In this document: positions 18,601 through 27,782 of the stretch, one piece after another | Layout of the letters: the number at the start of each line of letters is the position of its first letter | Position numbering within the stretch: position 1 is the stretch's first letter | From: a virus | Length of the DNA stretch: 64,000 nucleotides | Reading direction: 5' to 3' (one strand) | Virus record (IMG/VR): IMGVR_UViG_3300045988_151219 | Span: 1-64,000 of that record | Translations under genes and position numbers: made by a program | Notes under the pieces: model-generated | Seen by the model: only the letters and a program-made list of their open reading frames with translations | The model's database searches: none | What the model was told of the DNA's origin: nothing

Positions 18601-19131
18601 AGCAGACTTGCTTGTTTGAAGTTTGCCGTCTTTTATTGTATAGATAACCGGAGCATTTTCTCTATTTATACCAATAGCTACAGTTTCCTTAATAGCATGC
18701 ATGCCTGGCTGTCCATAGTTTTCATTGCCTTCAGCTGGGTCATATAAAGCTGTATCTTCTGATTCGGTAATTAATTCAGAATGAACATAAGGACAAAGTC
18801 TTTCTTCCCCTACTCCTGCTATCTCTATCATAGTAGAGTCAAACTCTCTAATATCTCCGTCTAAGTAAATATCACCCTTAGCTATTCTGGCATAGTTACG
18901 GTGAGTATTAGCATCTTCTACAATAGAAAGCTCCATACCGTTTATTATATTTCCGTTTTTATAAAAAGTATCCCCTAAGCGTTTAATCTTGTCAACAACC
19001 ATATACTGGTTATCATTCCAATCAGACGCTTGAGCCACTCTTCCAGGAATAGCAAGAATTTTATTATACTTTTTATTTTTGTCATAACGGACAAAGTATT
19101 GACCTAAATTTACACCGTTATCGTCTTTCAT
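15607..19131 (-). CDS. large virion structural protein (baseplate/fibre-associated)
   Basis: 1174-aa uninterrupted ORF directly downstream of the baseplate genes. The N-terminal region (ILAIPGRVAQASDWNDNQ...IAKGDIYLDGDIREF) is reminiscent, from memory only, of DUF4815-type phage structural proteins. Confidence 0.65.
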   Translation of the reverse strand: MKDDNGVNLGQYFVRYDKNKKYNKILAIPGRVAQASDWNDNQYMVVDKIKRLGDTFYKNGNIINGMELSIVEDANTHRNYARIAKGDIYLDGDIREFDSTMIEIAGVGEERLCPYVHSELITESEDTALYDPAEGNENYGQPGMHAIKETVAIGINRENAPVIYTIKDGKLQTSKSAENQENNEYARITEILARRTYDESGNYRKRGLLISQRFDYPNPDPNKLYFTCTKGKAYVLGYEVEKPADFTFSVPKSKETRLIQGDIMSVRKGSNGNYQFIMRHTPIRSINEFLVQRTVTDTVTRGAVKDGEDVLPHTPVVAGSVTKVEQNGVVYNQFKDYYVSGNNIVWRSENNGSPERQPNPGSGYKVTYNYNFNVASDPAYYKIYTYKGRQVVEIIDPTIIPAQGTAVSFSYNFYLARKDLISIDKNGNIIDTVGIPDLEDKVVPPVVNDDNTLSLGSIFLKGNGDVATIINMSIEDSTMEDIQNTIRRVDDLEYNDSITDLDKKAIEGEPATQLRGVFTDGFISFTKADVNYDKGSDKYDCLIDIDSQELQLPFTTNNVDLTVNEAGDTSKSEMGVIITTPYIEEVALTQPTATQTMLVNPYQVFDPLVPITLSPSVDNWVENEKITTTENTGTTMINADLHRDIGSGNARVWWNKAASKYFENMANVTAEFTNEYRGQAESGIYATEVTQKKTTQVKDSLITYIRSRPVTIKSAGFPAFAKNIRCYFDSIPVSLIPKGTTKVGDPYTIGTQSYTSVTADAEGNVEAVFTIPKNVPCGTKEVKIEYLGDAVNKAKSGSTTYTANGRKHTTIETIFEHKTVVHAVDPLAETFMFTQEKYLTSVDLFFASNTDNNLPIVVQIRNVINGYPGAECYSEVIVPHNMIKTSSDASVPTKVTFGNAIKCLADTQYCIVIMSDSAKPAMWVSQLGEREVKTGKVVNSNPYTAGVLFSSSNAMTWTAHQDMDLKFTLRTAKFNETGSIEFKRVTLNQVDYIVLSVDASVPAETSLNWEYRINSSGAWQPLEIYNLAKLENIANKIDLRCTYKAKTTRAPMISSQCMSLTSYSSKLKGKYISRQVEFDNTFNDIKLYLNECKNTGATIKVYYSVDDGVNWVLLKDAEATTKTVDSEFTEYYWHKDHLTPSKKLRIKIELQTNSAIGVLTPPRCKKLIVIAKTI

Positions 19132-19142
19132 GCTATCTCCTT

Positions 19143-19709
19143 TTAAAATTCTAATATAACAGCTATCTGAATTTTTAAATCAGCATCTCTACTTGTTATT
19201 GACCTGTTATTTAAAATTTCAGTATATCCTAAATCTTGAACGTCACTTGGCAATAAAGCATCTTTAGTAATGCCTGTTTTTGGTTTCAAGCCTACCTGCA
19301 CAGAAACTTGAGCAAAAGGTTTTAGCGGAAGCTCTCCCGCTAAAACATTAGACATTATATAAACCCAGCGGCAAGATTCATTATGAGCATCACTTCTTCC
19401 AATTATCTTGAACTTTCTATTCTGAAATTCGATAATAGAAGCTCCTGTTGCATCGTCTTTAACCGGAACTACCAGCTGTTTTGTCTGGACTCTTTTATAT
19501 CCCCACGGTTCTTCTAAAACATCAAAGTATTTAGGTATAGGAACTTTAGAAGCTTCCCAGTCTTTGGAATGTCCAAATCCCCAGTACAGATTATTCTTGT
19601 CGAAAAATTCTATTGCTCTATTAACATGATAAGCTTTTACAGTAGATACAATAGATTTTACAAGTAACGGAGATACTGATTCGCCGTTTGGTAAAATGTT
19701 ATCTGGCAT
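19143..19709 (-). CDS. hypothetical baseplate-associated protein
   Basis: 188-aa ORF packed between the gpI-like gene and the large structural gene. Confidence 0.55.
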   Translation of the reverse strand: MPDNILPNGESVSPLLVKSIVSTVKAYHVNRAIEFFDKNNLYWGFGHSKDWEASKVPIPKYFDVLEEPWGYKRVQTKQLVVPVKDDATGASIIEFQNRKFKIIGRSDAHNESCRWVYIMSNVLAGELPLKPFAQVSVQVGLKPKTGITKDALLPSDVQDLGYTEILNNRSITSRDADLKIQIAVILEF

Positions 19710-19711
19710 TG

Positions 19712-20779
19712 TTATACCTCTTTATCATTAATTTTCACTGAACATACCCCCATTACTTGAGTTTTATAAGATAATTCTACTGTATATTTTCCTTTCGGAT
19801 TTCCAGCAGTAGGCTTTCCGCCTGTTATCTTATCATAAAATCCTGTTATAGGAACATGCTGCAAATTATTAATATGTGTAGATTGATTATTTGACAGTAT
19901 TTCTTTTCTAAGCGGTCCATACATCTGATTATCCTTTGAGACTAAATACAATTCTGTAAATACTCTTGAATTGCTTCCCCACATAAACTTATTAGAGAAA
20001 GTCTTAGGCATGTCAGGTACAGATTTTGTAGTAATGTCTGCTCCGGACCATTTAGAATTGTTTCTTGACCTATAAGCGTCTACAAATATATTGAAATACT
20101 CCCTAAAGTCTACAAATACATTTACATCTTTATTGACTTTAAGAACATCGTTACTAAAAGATATAAGAGTCCGGTATAAACATTTTACTCCAGCCGGTTT
20201 TACTTCTTTCTCGATTCTCTCTTTTATCTTGTCACTTATATGTGTAACCCTGATTTCTAATATTCCGTCTTGATTATAATTAGAATCAGGGAATACATCA
20301 GTTCCCGACCATCTCGATTTATCCCATGTAAAGAGATGTTCTCTTGGGAAAACAAGTACAGCTGTTCCCTCATCTTTATAATATCCTGGCAAGTATAAAT
20401 CTCCACCGATATACCCCTCGTTATCTCCGTGGACTGCCATGTCTATTATAGATTGTTCAGTGCCTCTTGCCCTATATTTATTAAAGATTCGCTGTATTAT
20501 TTCTCTTTGAATTTTAGGGTCTACTTCATCTATAAAGTTATATCCTACTAACTGCGACAAGTCTTTAAGAAATTTTTCAGGCGTTCTATCTATGTCTGTA
20601 AGACGATTGAATAACTCAATATAATCAGTTACTAATCCCATCTTATCAGCTAATAGATTTATGTATATAACAAAATCTTTATTGTTAGCTAAAAATTCAG
20701 GAAAGTAATGTTGCATCACTTTCCGTCTGTCTAATACAGCTACATCTGAAAGATTGTTATTAGAATCTTTTTGTATCAT
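19712..20779 (-). CDS. baseplate protein, P2 gpI / Mu gp48-like position
   Basis: 355 aa, immediately after the baseplate-J gene. Segment FLKDLSQLVGYNFIDEVDPKIQREIIQRIFNKYRARGTEQSI resembles tail-protein-I family N-termini. Confidence 0.55.
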   Translation of the reverse strand: MIQKDSNNNLSDVAVLDRRKVMQHYFPEFLANNKDFVIYINLLADKMGLVTDYIELFNRLTDIDRTPEKFLKDLSQLVGYNFIDEVDPKIQREIIQRIFNKYRARGTEQSIIDMAVHGDNEGYIGGDLYLPGYYKDEGTAVLVFPREHLFTWDKSRWSGTDVFPDSNYNQDGILEIRVTHISDKIKERIEKEVKPAGVKCLYRTLISFSNDVLKVNKDVNVFVDFREYFNIFVDAYRSRNNSKWSGADITTKSVPDMPKTFSNKFMWGSNSRVFTELYLVSKDNQMYGPLRKEILSNNQSTHINNLQHVPITGFYDKITGGKPTAGNPKGKYTVELSYKTQVMGVCSVKINDKEV

Positions 20780-20788
20780 GTAAATACC

Positions 20789-22672
20789 TTATTCTATCAA
20801 GTTAATAGAAACTTTATTTAATTTAGGATAAACTATCTGCGGAATTATATAATCCTCTGTCGGGGATTGTAAAACTACTTTTATAATTGACGGAGAAACT
20901 GATTTAATCTGGTACCAAATCTCATCAACATATATAGTCTGTCCGAATTTAGAATTTTTATAAGAAAAATATTCTTTAATATGATTAATAACTGCTACAC
21001 GTATTCTATTTCTTTCTTCATCATTAGTAGAAGCTACATCTATATTAGCTATAATATTATAATCATAAAAATCAGCTTGTTTAGGAACAAACTCATTAAT
21101 GCAAACAGAATTTTTATAAATCTGATGTTTCATTGTAGCTAAATATTCAGGTGAAAAAGGCGTACCATCTTTTGAAACAATATAAGATATAACTTGATAC
21201 GGTTTCTTAACTGATGTGTTGTTTACAGACCAATCTTCCGTAACTGATTTATATACCCCTGGATACCCTTGTACAGCCTCTGCATAGTCAGTTAAGGTTA
21301 CAAGTCTTCCCATATGCCTTGCATTAGCTTTAGCATCTACTATCATTTTGTAAGAATCCGGTGTATTCTGTCCACCAGTTACAGACGTATGATTTCTAAC
21401 AATTAATTTACTTGTAACATCAATTCCGTCTGCATCTAATATGATAGATTGTATAGAATTAATTTCAAGCGGATTAGCGTTTCCTTCTTCTCCTACTGTT
21501 TCTAAATAAGAAATCGTAACAGTAGAAGATTCATCATCCGGAAACTGTTCTTCATAATCCCAGGTAAATAAAATATAAGCTGAACCGTCACTATCTCGAT
21601 GTACTGAAAAATATCTTCCGCCTTTATATTTTAAATAAGCATCATCGACTTCTTCCCAATATCCATCACTGTCTTTTACTGTTACAGAATAGTCAGCTAC
21701 ATGTTCATTATTTAAATAGTATTTCCAATCGGATTTCATGTAAGCGACTGTTTCTCTCTCTTTAATGACTTTCCCCTGCATAATAGGAATCGTTAAAGAA
21801 ACATCCCCAGCTACTAATATATTATCATTTTTTGAAACGTAAATTAAATTAGTCTTTAAAGATTTAAATTGTGTATACTTTGGAATTATAATGTCTTTAG
21901 TATGTGGTGTTTTTAATATAACTAAAAGTTCCCCTGTTGTAGAAACTTCAAAGGGAATCTTATAATTCATAGTCCTTAAGATAGACCTAATATTTTTATC
22001 TTCTGTAGCTCTATCTAAAAAACATTCATTGGCTTGCTGGTCTAAATAGTACATAGACAAATCAACACAGCCTGTAATGACATCTATTAAAGTCATTCCT
22101 ATATCAGAATCATTAAAATCTGTCCATCTCGGATTATGTGCTTTGATAAACTCTATACATGAATTTCTTAAAGCGTTTATATCTCTATTTGTATAAGACA
22201 AATTTTTAACTATCGGATTAGATTCTAAAACATAATTATATGTCTTCTTTAAAGCCCCTGTAGCAGAAATAACTAAATGATCTTTAAGAACACCCGATAC
22301 ATGATTTAAAGTACCAGACTCATACCCTTTATCAGCTTCAATAGTTACTTCATATCCTGTATTGATTGGAAGCTGTACTGTAGATGTATAGAGTTTAGAG
22401 TTTGCTCTTAATGTAATCAGCTGGTGAGACGTCTGTTTAATTTCTACTGTATATCTTTTAAGTTTAGGTGCTGTAGCTCTTATAGTTATGTCACTGTCAA
22501 GCTCGCCCTCTGTTATATTAAGAACCCCAGCATCATAAAAAGTATCAGCGGTAAGCTCTACTTTAAATTTTGTCTTAGCAGGTAAAGATACATTAGATGT
22601 ATAAACTTTTCCGCCTGCTATTACTTGTATTCTCTGATTCTGTGTTTGAATAATAGTAATTAAGTAATTCAT
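20789..22672 (-). CDS. baseplate J-like wedge protein
   Basis: 627 aa, following the gpW/gp25-like gene. Two N-terminal repeat modules of about 70 aa (KVYTSNVSLPAKTKFKVELTAD... / KLYTSTVQLPINTGYEVTIEAD...) precede a large gpJ-sized body. Confidence 0.7.
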   Translation of the reverse strand: MNYLITIIQTQNQRIQVIAGGKVYTSNVSLPAKTKFKVELTADTFYDAGVLNITEGELDSDITIRATAPKLKRYTVEIKQTSHQLITLRANSKLYTSTVQLPINTGYEVTIEADKGYESGTLNHVSGVLKDHLVISATGALKKTYNYVLESNPIVKNLSYTNRDINALRNSCIEFIKAHNPRWTDFNDSDIGMTLIDVITGCVDLSMYYLDQQANECFLDRATEDKNIRSILRTMNYKIPFEVSTTGELLVILKTPHTKDIIIPKYTQFKSLKTNLIYVSKNDNILVAGDVSLTIPIMQGKVIKERETVAYMKSDWKYYLNNEHVADYSVTVKDSDGYWEEVDDAYLKYKGGRYFSVHRDSDGSAYILFTWDYEEQFPDDESSTVTISYLETVGEEGNANPLEINSIQSIILDADGIDVTSKLIVRNHTSVTGGQNTPDSYKMIVDAKANARHMGRLVTLTDYAEAVQGYPGVYKSVTEDWSVNNTSVKKPYQVISYIVSKDGTPFSPEYLATMKHQIYKNSVCINEFVPKQADFYDYNIIANIDVASTNDEERNRIRVAVINHIKEYFSYKNSKFGQTIYVDEIWYQIKSVSPSIIKVVLQSPTEDYIIPQIVYPKLNKVSINLIE

Positions 22673-22675
22673 CTA

Positions 22676-23149
22676 CTAATCTTTAACTCCTAATGAATAA
22701 TCGTCACCTAACTCATGTATCTTTCTATGTACCGGATAAACAAAAGTATACTTATGTTCTGTTCCTTTTATAGAAAAAGATACCTCAATATTTAAAATGT
22801 TTGACCCATTTTCTTGAATAACTTTTACATCAAAGTCTATTCTTTTCTCCCAAATCTTTATATCTTCGGTTACATAATATTTCACTGTATCTCTAAGAAC
22901 AAAATCATTAGGCTCTGCCAAACATTCATAAAGCCTCGTTCCAAAGTTTGGATTAAATAGTCTTGCTCCCCGCGGAGTTGATAAAATACAATAAAGAGAC
23001 TGCGTTATCCGGTCTACTCCTGTATTTACTATAGACGACCCTCTAAAATACATCGGAGTCAACTGTAATCCAAACCCAATAAGAGAATCATTTAGTGTAG
23101 TGCTTATCGTCTTTTTTGTTTTCTTTTTATATCCTATTATGATAATCAC
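22676..23149 (-). CDS. baseplate wedge protein, gpW/gp25 family
   Basis: 157 aa. Motif ILSTPRGARLFNPNFGTRLYECLAEPND is characteristic of GPW_gp25 proteins. Synteny spike-W-J. Confidence 0.8.
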   Translation of the reverse strand: MIIIIGYKKKTKKTISTTLNDSLIGFGLQLTPMYFRGSSIVNTGVDRITQSLYCILSTPRGARLFNPNFGTRLYECLAEPNDFVLRDTVKYYVTEDIKIWEKRIDFDVKVIQENGSNILNIEVSFSIKGTEHKYTFVYPVHRKIHELGDDYSLGVKD

Positions 23150-23172
23150 CGCCCTACTTATATTCTAATATA

Positions 23173-24900
23173 TTATTCTTTCTTCTTAGGTAATTCCCAT
23201 TTCTGTATAGAGTTAGACGGAGCAGAAGCTGTTCCGCCCGACCCATCATGAGTAGCAAAATGTTCTTTAGGTAAGTTTGAATCCGATGAAATATTACCTT
23301 TGAAGTTAATTGATTTTGCATTGAATTTTAAAGATGAAGCATTTAAAGCTATTGTCGGTGCTTTCATCTCTATAGAACTTCCTAAAACTGTAATTACTCC
23401 ACCTTTTATTTTTAAAATAGCTTTCTGCGTCTGAATAGCTATGTCGTCATCAGTAATAATAAGTTCTAACGGCTCTTTAGTCTGTGTAAATAGTCTGGTG
23501 AATTTCTTCTCCGTATCTATTTCAAGACCTCTTTTTGTCTCTCCGGATACTATATTAATATGAGATTTCTTTCCATCACTTAATATCTGGATTTCATCTT
23601 TAAAAGGATTCTTGATACTTACTCTTGCCGGAGCTTTTAAATTATACGCTTTATCGTCTCCTAATTTAAAAGTTTCTGATTTTATAAGCTCCTGCCGGAT
23701 AGGTGAAGTTAATTCTATCTGTTGCCCATTAGCGTCTTCTATCAGTAAAGATTCTTGTCCGTCAGTCTCGTCCATCAAGACCTTGCTACCTTTAGGCGAT
23801 TTATAGACTACTCGTTTTGAAATGTTATCTTGAGAATCTTTCGGTGTATCTGTTGTACGTGGGTCAATAATTCTCCCCCACTCATTCTGCATGTCTTTAC
23901 GAATAGATTCTAATATGCTTTTTCGTAAATCTTTTGATTTATAAAAGCCTACAAATCTATTTACTGTATTATAAATAGAAACAGTTATATTATATATTGA
24001 TGTAATTTCTGTGGTGGCTGATATCAGTTTGTCTCTTACTTTATCAACATTAGCAATCAGGTTATTTTCTAAACGTCTTACTACATCAATTTTTCCTCTA
24101 ACTATTTCAACTTTCCTGGACATTTCAGAAAGTTTTCTTTGTACTTCCTGCTGTACCGGATAAGATAACTTGTCTACCTGTGTAGAAATAATATTGTTTA
24201 GTTCATTGTCATATGAGTAATTAACGTAAGGTGTTCCTAAAATAGTAGTGTATGACTTCCCTACCTGTGACTGTATTGATTTTAAAGAAGCGTCTACTTC
24301 CATTAAATTCATTGAAAAGTCTTTTATCTGTTCCTGTGTTTCAGGCGGAAAATTCGCTATATTATATAAAGGTATTTTAAATGTGTTTGTAATGTTGTCT
24401 ACATCTCTTCTTGCATCATTTAAACAACCTTGTACTTTATCTAAAGAATCCATCACTTTTTTATATTCAGGAAGTTGATAAAGCTTGTCAAACTTTTCCT
24501 GGATTTTCTTTATTATATTTCCACGGTCAAGAAGTTTCTGTACATTTAATAAACCCTGCGGAGATAAATGAGCATTAGTATTTATAGCCTGTCTAACAGG
24601 TAAAGTACGGTCTGTTGTATATACAGAACCTAAAACAATAGGAAGGTCATGGTCGTTATTTTCAAATCGTACATATACAGTAGAACCTATTTCAGGAACT
24701 ATAAAAGTACCTGAATCTGCTCCCGCATTAGGTGAAAGAACACTTGCCCACGGCAGACAAGCAGTAGGTATCTGATCAGGATTCCCCCATATAGAAGGTA
24801 TCCTAACTTTTACTCTTCCTAATTTCTTAGGGTCAGCATTATCTTCTACTAAACCTTTATATATATTTTTATCTTTGTCTACCGACATGTCTAATAACAT
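23173..24900 (-). CDS. baseplate central spike, gpV/gp5 OB-fold family, with a long C-terminal extension
   Basis: 575 aa. N-terminal YKGLVEDNADPKKLGRVKVRIPSIWG...LPWASVLSP...GSTVYVRFENNDHDLPIVLGSVY matches the Phage_base_V pattern. Confidence 0.8.
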   Translation of the reverse strand: MLLDMSVDKDKNIYKGLVEDNADPKKLGRVKVRIPSIWGNPDQIPTACLPWASVLSPNAGADSGTFIVPEIGSTVYVRFENNDHDLPIVLGSVYTTDRTLPVRQAINTNAHLSPQGLLNVQKLLDRGNIIKKIQEKFDKLYQLPEYKKVMDSLDKVQGCLNDARRDVDNITNTFKIPLYNIANFPPETQEQIKDFSMNLMEVDASLKSIQSQVGKSYTTILGTPYVNYSYDNELNNIISTQVDKLSYPVQQEVQRKLSEMSRKVEIVRGKIDVVRRLENNLIANVDKVRDKLISATTEITSIYNITVSIYNTVNRFVGFYKSKDLRKSILESIRKDMQNEWGRIIDPRTTDTPKDSQDNISKRVVYKSPKGSKVLMDETDGQESLLIEDANGQQIELTSPIRQELIKSETFKLGDDKAYNLKAPARVSIKNPFKDEIQILSDGKKSHINIVSGETKRGLEIDTEKKFTRLFTQTKEPLELIITDDDIAIQTQKAILKIKGGVITVLGSSIEMKAPTIALNASSLKFNAKSINFKGNISSDSNLPKEHFATHDGSGGTASAPSNSIQKWELPKKKE

Positions 24901-24917
24901 AAGATTATTTCCTATCT

Positions 24918-26606
24918 TTAATTTGTTTTTGCATAATTTTCTAAGGCATTCTCATTTATATAAGAGTGATTAGGATTCTTTGCATTATCCCATTGAATAC
25001 CTCTAACATCCACGTCTATATGGAAATTATTTCCTCGTGTACCGTTATTATGTAAATCTTCAATATTCATACCGTAACCCCGGCTCTGCCCATATTCAAC
25101 AAACTCTCTTAGAATATCATCATTGGTTTCTAAAGTTCCATCAGACCCATTGTAAGAATTAATATCTAACTTCCATCCGTCATCATGACCACCTGGAGCA
25201 TGTTGTCCATTAGTACCTGCTATTACTACTAATTTCTCCCCAGTCCTATTGTAATACCATGCTGCTAAATCTTCTAAAGCCTCTTTTGCTTCCGGCTTGC
25301 AGTCAGATACTTTACAATCTTTACCCTGTTTTACCCATGTATCACCCTGTCCTGCTGGGTCTTCTCCATCACTTTCTGTGTTAGAACCTGATTGTGATTT
25401 ATCTTTTAATTCAAGAGATTTTGCATTCTTTATAAGCTCTAACCTTGTTGAGTAAGCTCCAGCTTCTACAGTGTCTTCTACTGATTGTACAAAATACATT
25501 CCGGAAGTGTGATGAATTTTTGACTGTGGTGTTAAAACTAAGAGATGTATATATTTACCCACACTAAATGAGGGGTCTCCTACTATTTCTAAAGTAGCCT
25601 GAAATGCTGCATTTTTCATCTTATCAAATACCGTCTTTGCCATTGCTTTTAAGTCTTCATTAGAATACGTACTCCCTCCTAAATAAAGTGCCGGCGTATC
25701 CATATCTGTATTCACAGAAGCTACTTCTTTTTCATATGTTATTCTCTCCCCTGAATAAGGTTTAGATATCTGCGCTCTAACAGAATCTCTTCCTATCAAT
25801 CCAAAAAAGAATTTTCCATATTCAGCAGAAAAAGAGATAACACGTTCATTATCTCGACCTATATTATATGTTATTTTTGAAGTGTTTTTAGACGCTATAT
25901 CCGATGAAACTTTTTGCTCTTCTCTCTCTATCTTGTCTATCCTATTCTTCGGACCGTAATAAACTTCCGCCGGTTCTTTAGACGAATCTAAAATAAATTG
26001 ATAATCCCCTTCTCCATCATCAGCACCAGTTACTGAACTGCTTGTTTTATATTTTTTATCACATAATTTTTTCTCTATAAACTCTAAATCAGACATGCCT
26101 ACTTCTTGCTTTATAGCATTAGCTTCTGTGTCTTCTGTTGAAACAGTCCATTCTACTGGTACATTTTCTACTACTACCCAGTGATTTTTCTCACTTAATA
26201 TCTCAATAATTTCATTAGGCGACTTCCCAATATAAGCAGTAGCATCCCCTTGTTTCGCTTGAGACGCACTTAACGTTGATGAAGGTACTCCCTCTATTGT
26301 TATAGTAAGAGAACCATTCTGGTTAAACTGCGGAGTATATCCTGAAACAGTAAAATGATATACAGGAGAAGTTTTGCCATTAACATACCCATACTGCATT
26401 TCCAATAAAGCAGTTTTATTCTTAGTCTTTAAAAGTGCATCTTCTATTAATAAAGCTGTCTGGTCATACAGTGTAATAGAACATCTGGCTAATTTATTAT
26501 TATTAGTTTGCTTTACCACTGAACAAGACATGATATGGTCATGGTCAGTAAATAATTCAACGTCTCCAATTTTCAAGCGTATAAAAGTATTATATAACCC
26601 TGCCAT
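24918..26606 (-). CDS. baseplate hub protein (gpD / Mu gp44 position) with a possible C-terminal cell-wall peptidase-like domain
   Basis: 562 aa between the gpX-like gene and the spike. The C-terminal GGHDDGWKLDI ... NFHIDVDV loosely resembles the H..G...D / H metal ligands of M15-type peptidases; that part is weak. Confidence 0.55.
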   Translation of the reverse strand: MAGLYNTFIRLKIGDVELFTDHDHIMSCSVVKQTNNNKLARCSITLYDQTALLIEDALLKTKNKTALLEMQYGYVNGKTSPVYHFTVSGYTPQFNQNGSLTITIEGVPSSTLSASQAKQGDATAYIGKSPNEIIEILSEKNHWVVVENVPVEWTVSTEDTEANAIKQEVGMSDLEFIEKKLCDKKYKTSSSVTGADDGEGDYQFILDSSKEPAEVYYGPKNRIDKIEREEQKVSSDIASKNTSKITYNIGRDNERVISFSAEYGKFFFGLIGRDSVRAQISKPYSGERITYEKEVASVNTDMDTPALYLGGSTYSNEDLKAMAKTVFDKMKNAAFQATLEIVGDPSFSVGKYIHLLVLTPQSKIHHTSGMYFVQSVEDTVEAGAYSTRLELIKNAKSLELKDKSQSGSNTESDGEDPAGQGDTWVKQGKDCKVSDCKPEAKEALEDLAAWYYNRTGEKLVVIAGTNGQHAPGGHDDGWKLDINSYNGSDGTLETNDDILREFVEYGQSRGYGMNIEDLHNNGTRGNNFHIDVDVRGIQWDNAKNPNHSYINENALENYAKTN

Positions 26607-26934
26607 TTAAATTATCCTCTATTGTGTAAAGTGTAATCGGATTAGGTATCCTTAAAACTGTTCCTGATGGAACATTAAACGGGTCTTTAATATTAGAAGC
26701 ATAAGCAATAACCCACCAATAAAGCGGATTATTATAGAATTTAAAAGCTATTAAATCAAGTCTGTTTTCATACTGATATGTGACTTTAAAGAATGTGTCT
26801 CCTTCTTTTTCCGGTATATTAACCGGATTAGCAGTTTCTATTCTCTTTGTACCATCTTCATATTCTATTCTTTTTAAAGAACGATACCTGGAATATGCTT
26901 GAGACCTGTCTTCATAATATCTTTTTATTTTCAT
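26590..26934 (-). CDS. tail protein X-like (LysM-like fold)
   Basis: 114 aa. RLDLIAFKFYNNPLYWWVIAYASNIKDPFNVPSGTVLRIP has the LysM/gpX pattern. Confidence 0.65.
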   Translation of the reverse strand: MKIKRYYEDRSQAYSRYRSLKRIEYEDGTKRIETANPVNIPEKEGDTFFKVTYQYENRLDLIAFKFYNNPLYWWVIAYASNIKDPFNVPSGTVLRIPNPITLYTIEDNLNGRVI

Positions 26935-27782
26935 TTTATACTACTCTCCCATTGGTCAGCATATCTTGAAGTATCTTCTACTTCTGTGAATGAAAAAGAA
27001 ACATTAGCCTGATTAAATACATTGTTATCATGATAAGGAGGCATCCAGTCCGTACTAACTGATGTACATACCCCTACCACGTCTATAAAATCACCTGCTA
27101 CTATATGTGATTTTGGCGGTATTATATATCCGCCTTTATCTATAGGAAGTACATTCCCTTGAAGTTTTCTAACTAATATACGCATGTCTTCCGGAGAATA
27201 ATCCTGATGTAATATTACAGAAAAAGATATTTCTCTCGGACCTGAATTTGCATAAGACTGAATAGGTGAGGTTCTTGATTTAGGAATCTGTGAGTCAAAA
27301 GAAGCTGTCATATTGTCAGATATAGAATCAGGACGTGAATAGAAAACAACCCTTGACCCTGTATTTAAGTTCTCTAAATAACATAAGAATTGGTCGACCC
27401 CGCTATTAGCCGGCGGTACAAAATTCCGATTTCTTTCAGCTGTAACTTCTACTTTCGGTAAGTCATAAGTTTCAGCAGCTTTTATATTAGAATCAGATGT
27501 AGATTTATTTTCATTAAAATCTTCATTTAAAGGGGATGGGTCTTTCTGCCTTAAACTTCTAATCCCTCTTCTACGCCCTTTTCTTTTTATAAGATATAAC
27601 TTATCGTAATCTTGTTCCCACACTCCGGTAACTCTATATCCTAAATCCGCTTGAATAGCCATGACAGCCTTTTTAGTTTTTATACCATATAAAGGCTCTC
27701 GGTCTTCTTCTGTTAAGAAACCTAATCTTATTAAAGCATCTTGTACTTTAGTTACTCGATTTCCTATATCTCCTAATCTCAT
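26931..27782 (-). CDS. tail protein with N-terminal peptidoglycan-binding domain
   Basis: 283 aa. LGDIGNRVTKVQDALIRLGFL...YGIKTKKAVMAIQADLGYRVTGVW fits the PG_binding_1 pattern. ATGA overlap with the tape-measure gene. Confidence 0.65.
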   Translation of the reverse strand: MRLGDIGNRVTKVQDALIRLGFLTEEDREPLYGIKTKKAVMAIQADLGYRVTGVWEQDYDKLYLIKRKGRRRGIRSLRQKDPSPLNEDFNENKSTSDSNIKAAETYDLPKVEVTAERNRNFVPPANSGVDQFLCYLENLNTGSRVVFYSRPDSISDNMTASFDSQIPKSRTSPIQSYANSGPREISFSVILHQDYSPEDMRILVRKLQGNVLPIDKGGYIIPPKSHIVAGDFIDVVGVCTSVSTDWMPPYHDNNVFNQANVSFSFTEVEDTSRYADQWESSIK